This document shows, one piece after another, positions 31,265 to 32,000 of a DNA stretch of 32,000 nucleotides (position 1 is the stretch's first letter; every line of letters begins with the position of its first letter). The notes under the pieces were generated by a model that was not told where the DNA came from, ran no database searches, and saw only the letters and a list, made by a program, of their open reading frames with translations. Source of the stretch: Dokdonella sp. (GTDB lineage: Bacteria > Pseudomonadota > Gammaproteobacteria > Xanthomonadales > Rhodanobacteraceae). Location of the stretch: positions 32,465 through 64,464 of the forward strand of contig JBDUED010000002.1 of the NCBI GenBank assembly GCA_040002595.1, in the 5' to 3' direction. Position numbers and translations under genes: made by a program.

Positions 31265-31295
31265 TGTCAACTTGAATGAGCTGCATGAAGTTGAC
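31265..31295. promoter_or_regulatory. Inverted repeat (T)GTCAACTT-N14-AAGTTGAC in the bioB/comF divergent region; candidate BirA-type operator overlapping a -35-like TTGACA on the bioB-sense strand
   Basis: Arms at 31266-31273 and 31288-31295 are perfectly complementary (8/8), with a 14-nt spacer. Plus-strand TGTCAA (31265-31270) reads TTGACA on the minus strand, 82 nt upstream of the bioB ATG at 31183 (34 nt upstream of the alternative ATG at 31231). The half-site resembles the TGTAAAC half-site of proteobacterial BirA operators. Confidence 0.4.
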
Positions 31296-32000
31296 GGCAT
31301 CGCAGCCCGCCTGCTGCGCGTCGCGCTACCGCCACGCTGTCTGCTGTGCGGCGCAGACGGCGCGGGAAATCGCGATTTATGCCGCGGCTGCACAGCCGAT
31401 CTGGCGCTCAATGCGCCCTGTTGTCCGCGCTGCGCGTTGCCGCTGGAAGCGCCGGCTCCCGAGTGTGGGGAATGCCTGAAGGATGCGCCGCCATTTGCCG
31501 CGGCATGGGCGCCGTTCCGTTATGCCCATCCGCTCGATTTGCTGGAGGCGCGGTTCAAGTTCCGCGCCGACCTCGCCGCTGGTCGCATACTCGCGCAATT
31601 GATGATCGCGCGTGCCGCTGCTGACCAACCGACGCGCCCGGAGCTGCTGATCCCGGTGCCGTTGCACCGCGCCCGACTGCGCGAGCGCGGCTATAACCAG
31701 GCGCTCGAACTGGCGTTGCCACTGGCGCGCGCGCTGGCCATTCCGATGCGTCACGATCTGCTCCTGCGCAACAAGGCAACGCCCCCGCAGACCGGTCTCG
31801 ACGCAAAGGCACGTCGGCGCAATCTGCGTGGCGCGTTCACCCTGGCAACCGACGCGAAGTTGCCGGCACACATCGTGATATTCGACGACGTGATGACCAC
31901 CGGTACGACCTTGCGCGAAACGGCGCGCGTGCTGTCTCGTGCGGGCGTGGTGCGCGTTGACGTGTGGGCACTGGCACGCGCCCCAACGTCTCGCAGCTGA
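31272..32000 (+). CDS. comF: ComF family protein (phosphoribosyltransferase-domain competence protein)
   Basis: ORF 31272..32000 (TTG start; no in-frame ATG; stop TGA at 31998-32000). It has an N-terminal Cys-rich zinc-finger region (PPRCLLCG...CRGC...CPRC...CGEC) and a C-terminal PRTase motif ([13 protein letters not shown]). Confidence 0.85.
   Translation: MNELHEVDGIAARLLRVALPPRCLLCGADGAGNRDLCRGCTADLALNAPCCPRCALPLEAPAPECGECLKDAPPFAAAWAPFRYAHPLDLLEARFKFRADLAAGRILAQLMIARAAADQPTRPELLIPVPLHRARLRERGYNQALELALPLARALAIPMRHDLLLRNKATPPQTGLDAKARRRNLRGAFTLATDAKLPAHIVIFDDVMTTGTTLRETARVLSRAGVVRVDVWALARAPTSRS

Noticed and set aside
28065-31279. ORFs 28065..29243(-), 28948..29868(+), 30002..31279(+) and 30495..31286(-), overlapping the bio genes.
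   Set aside because: They are out of frame or antisense relative to bioH, bioF and bioB, each of which carries its diagnostic motif (GWSLGG, the PLP Lys block, CxxxCxxC).

Overview
High-GC sequence (by eye about two-thirds G+C, not computed). It looks like ordinary gammaproteobacterial chromosome backbone. Gene content and order (divergent comF/bioB, bioB-F-H-C, ligB, phhA, class 1 fbp) suggest Xanthomonadales/Rhodanobacteraceae, but that is inference only. I can support 29 protein-coding genes, almost all recognisable from catalytic motifs. From left to right they are: uvrD (runs off the left edge, so it is missing from the supplied ORF track), a pssA-like CDP-alcohol phosphatidyltransferase, an ABC1/UbiB-family kinase, a secreted delta-60-type beta-propeller protein, a small 2-TM protein, a saccharopine-dehydrogenase-like oxidoreductase, a 2OG-Fe(II) oxygenase, fbp, a DUF885 protein, an exported SRPBCC protein, phhA, a rhomboid protease, an rlmI-like methyltransferase, folE, a Tet-type MFS transporter, a DUF488 protein, a small hydrophobic protein, ligB, an nhaP2/cvrA-type K+/H+ antiporter, comM/yifB, ubiK, glnB, a GDT1/UPF0016 transporter, a DMT-type transporter, bioC, bioH, bioF, bioB and comF. 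I saw no rRNA or tRNA gene, CRISPR array, IS element, transposase, integrase, phage module or toxin-antitoxin pair, and no obvious compositional break. Many long ORFs in the track are Arg/Ala-rich antisense or out-of-frame shadows typical of high-GC DNA, and I rejected them. I did not find a convincing novel multi-gene system. The leads worth a second look are modest. (1) A perfect inverted repeat overlaps a TTGACA hexamer in the bioB/comF divergent region and may be a bio operator. (2) A DMT transporter sits 17 nt downstream of bioC. (3) A co-directional set of 2OG oxygenase, SDH-like reductase and small membrane protein lies beside a secreted beta-propeller protein with a C-terminal IFRNGFDA tail. 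(4) About 314 bp downstream of ligB is unassigned. (5) Several intergenic hairpins and palindromes have no assigned function.
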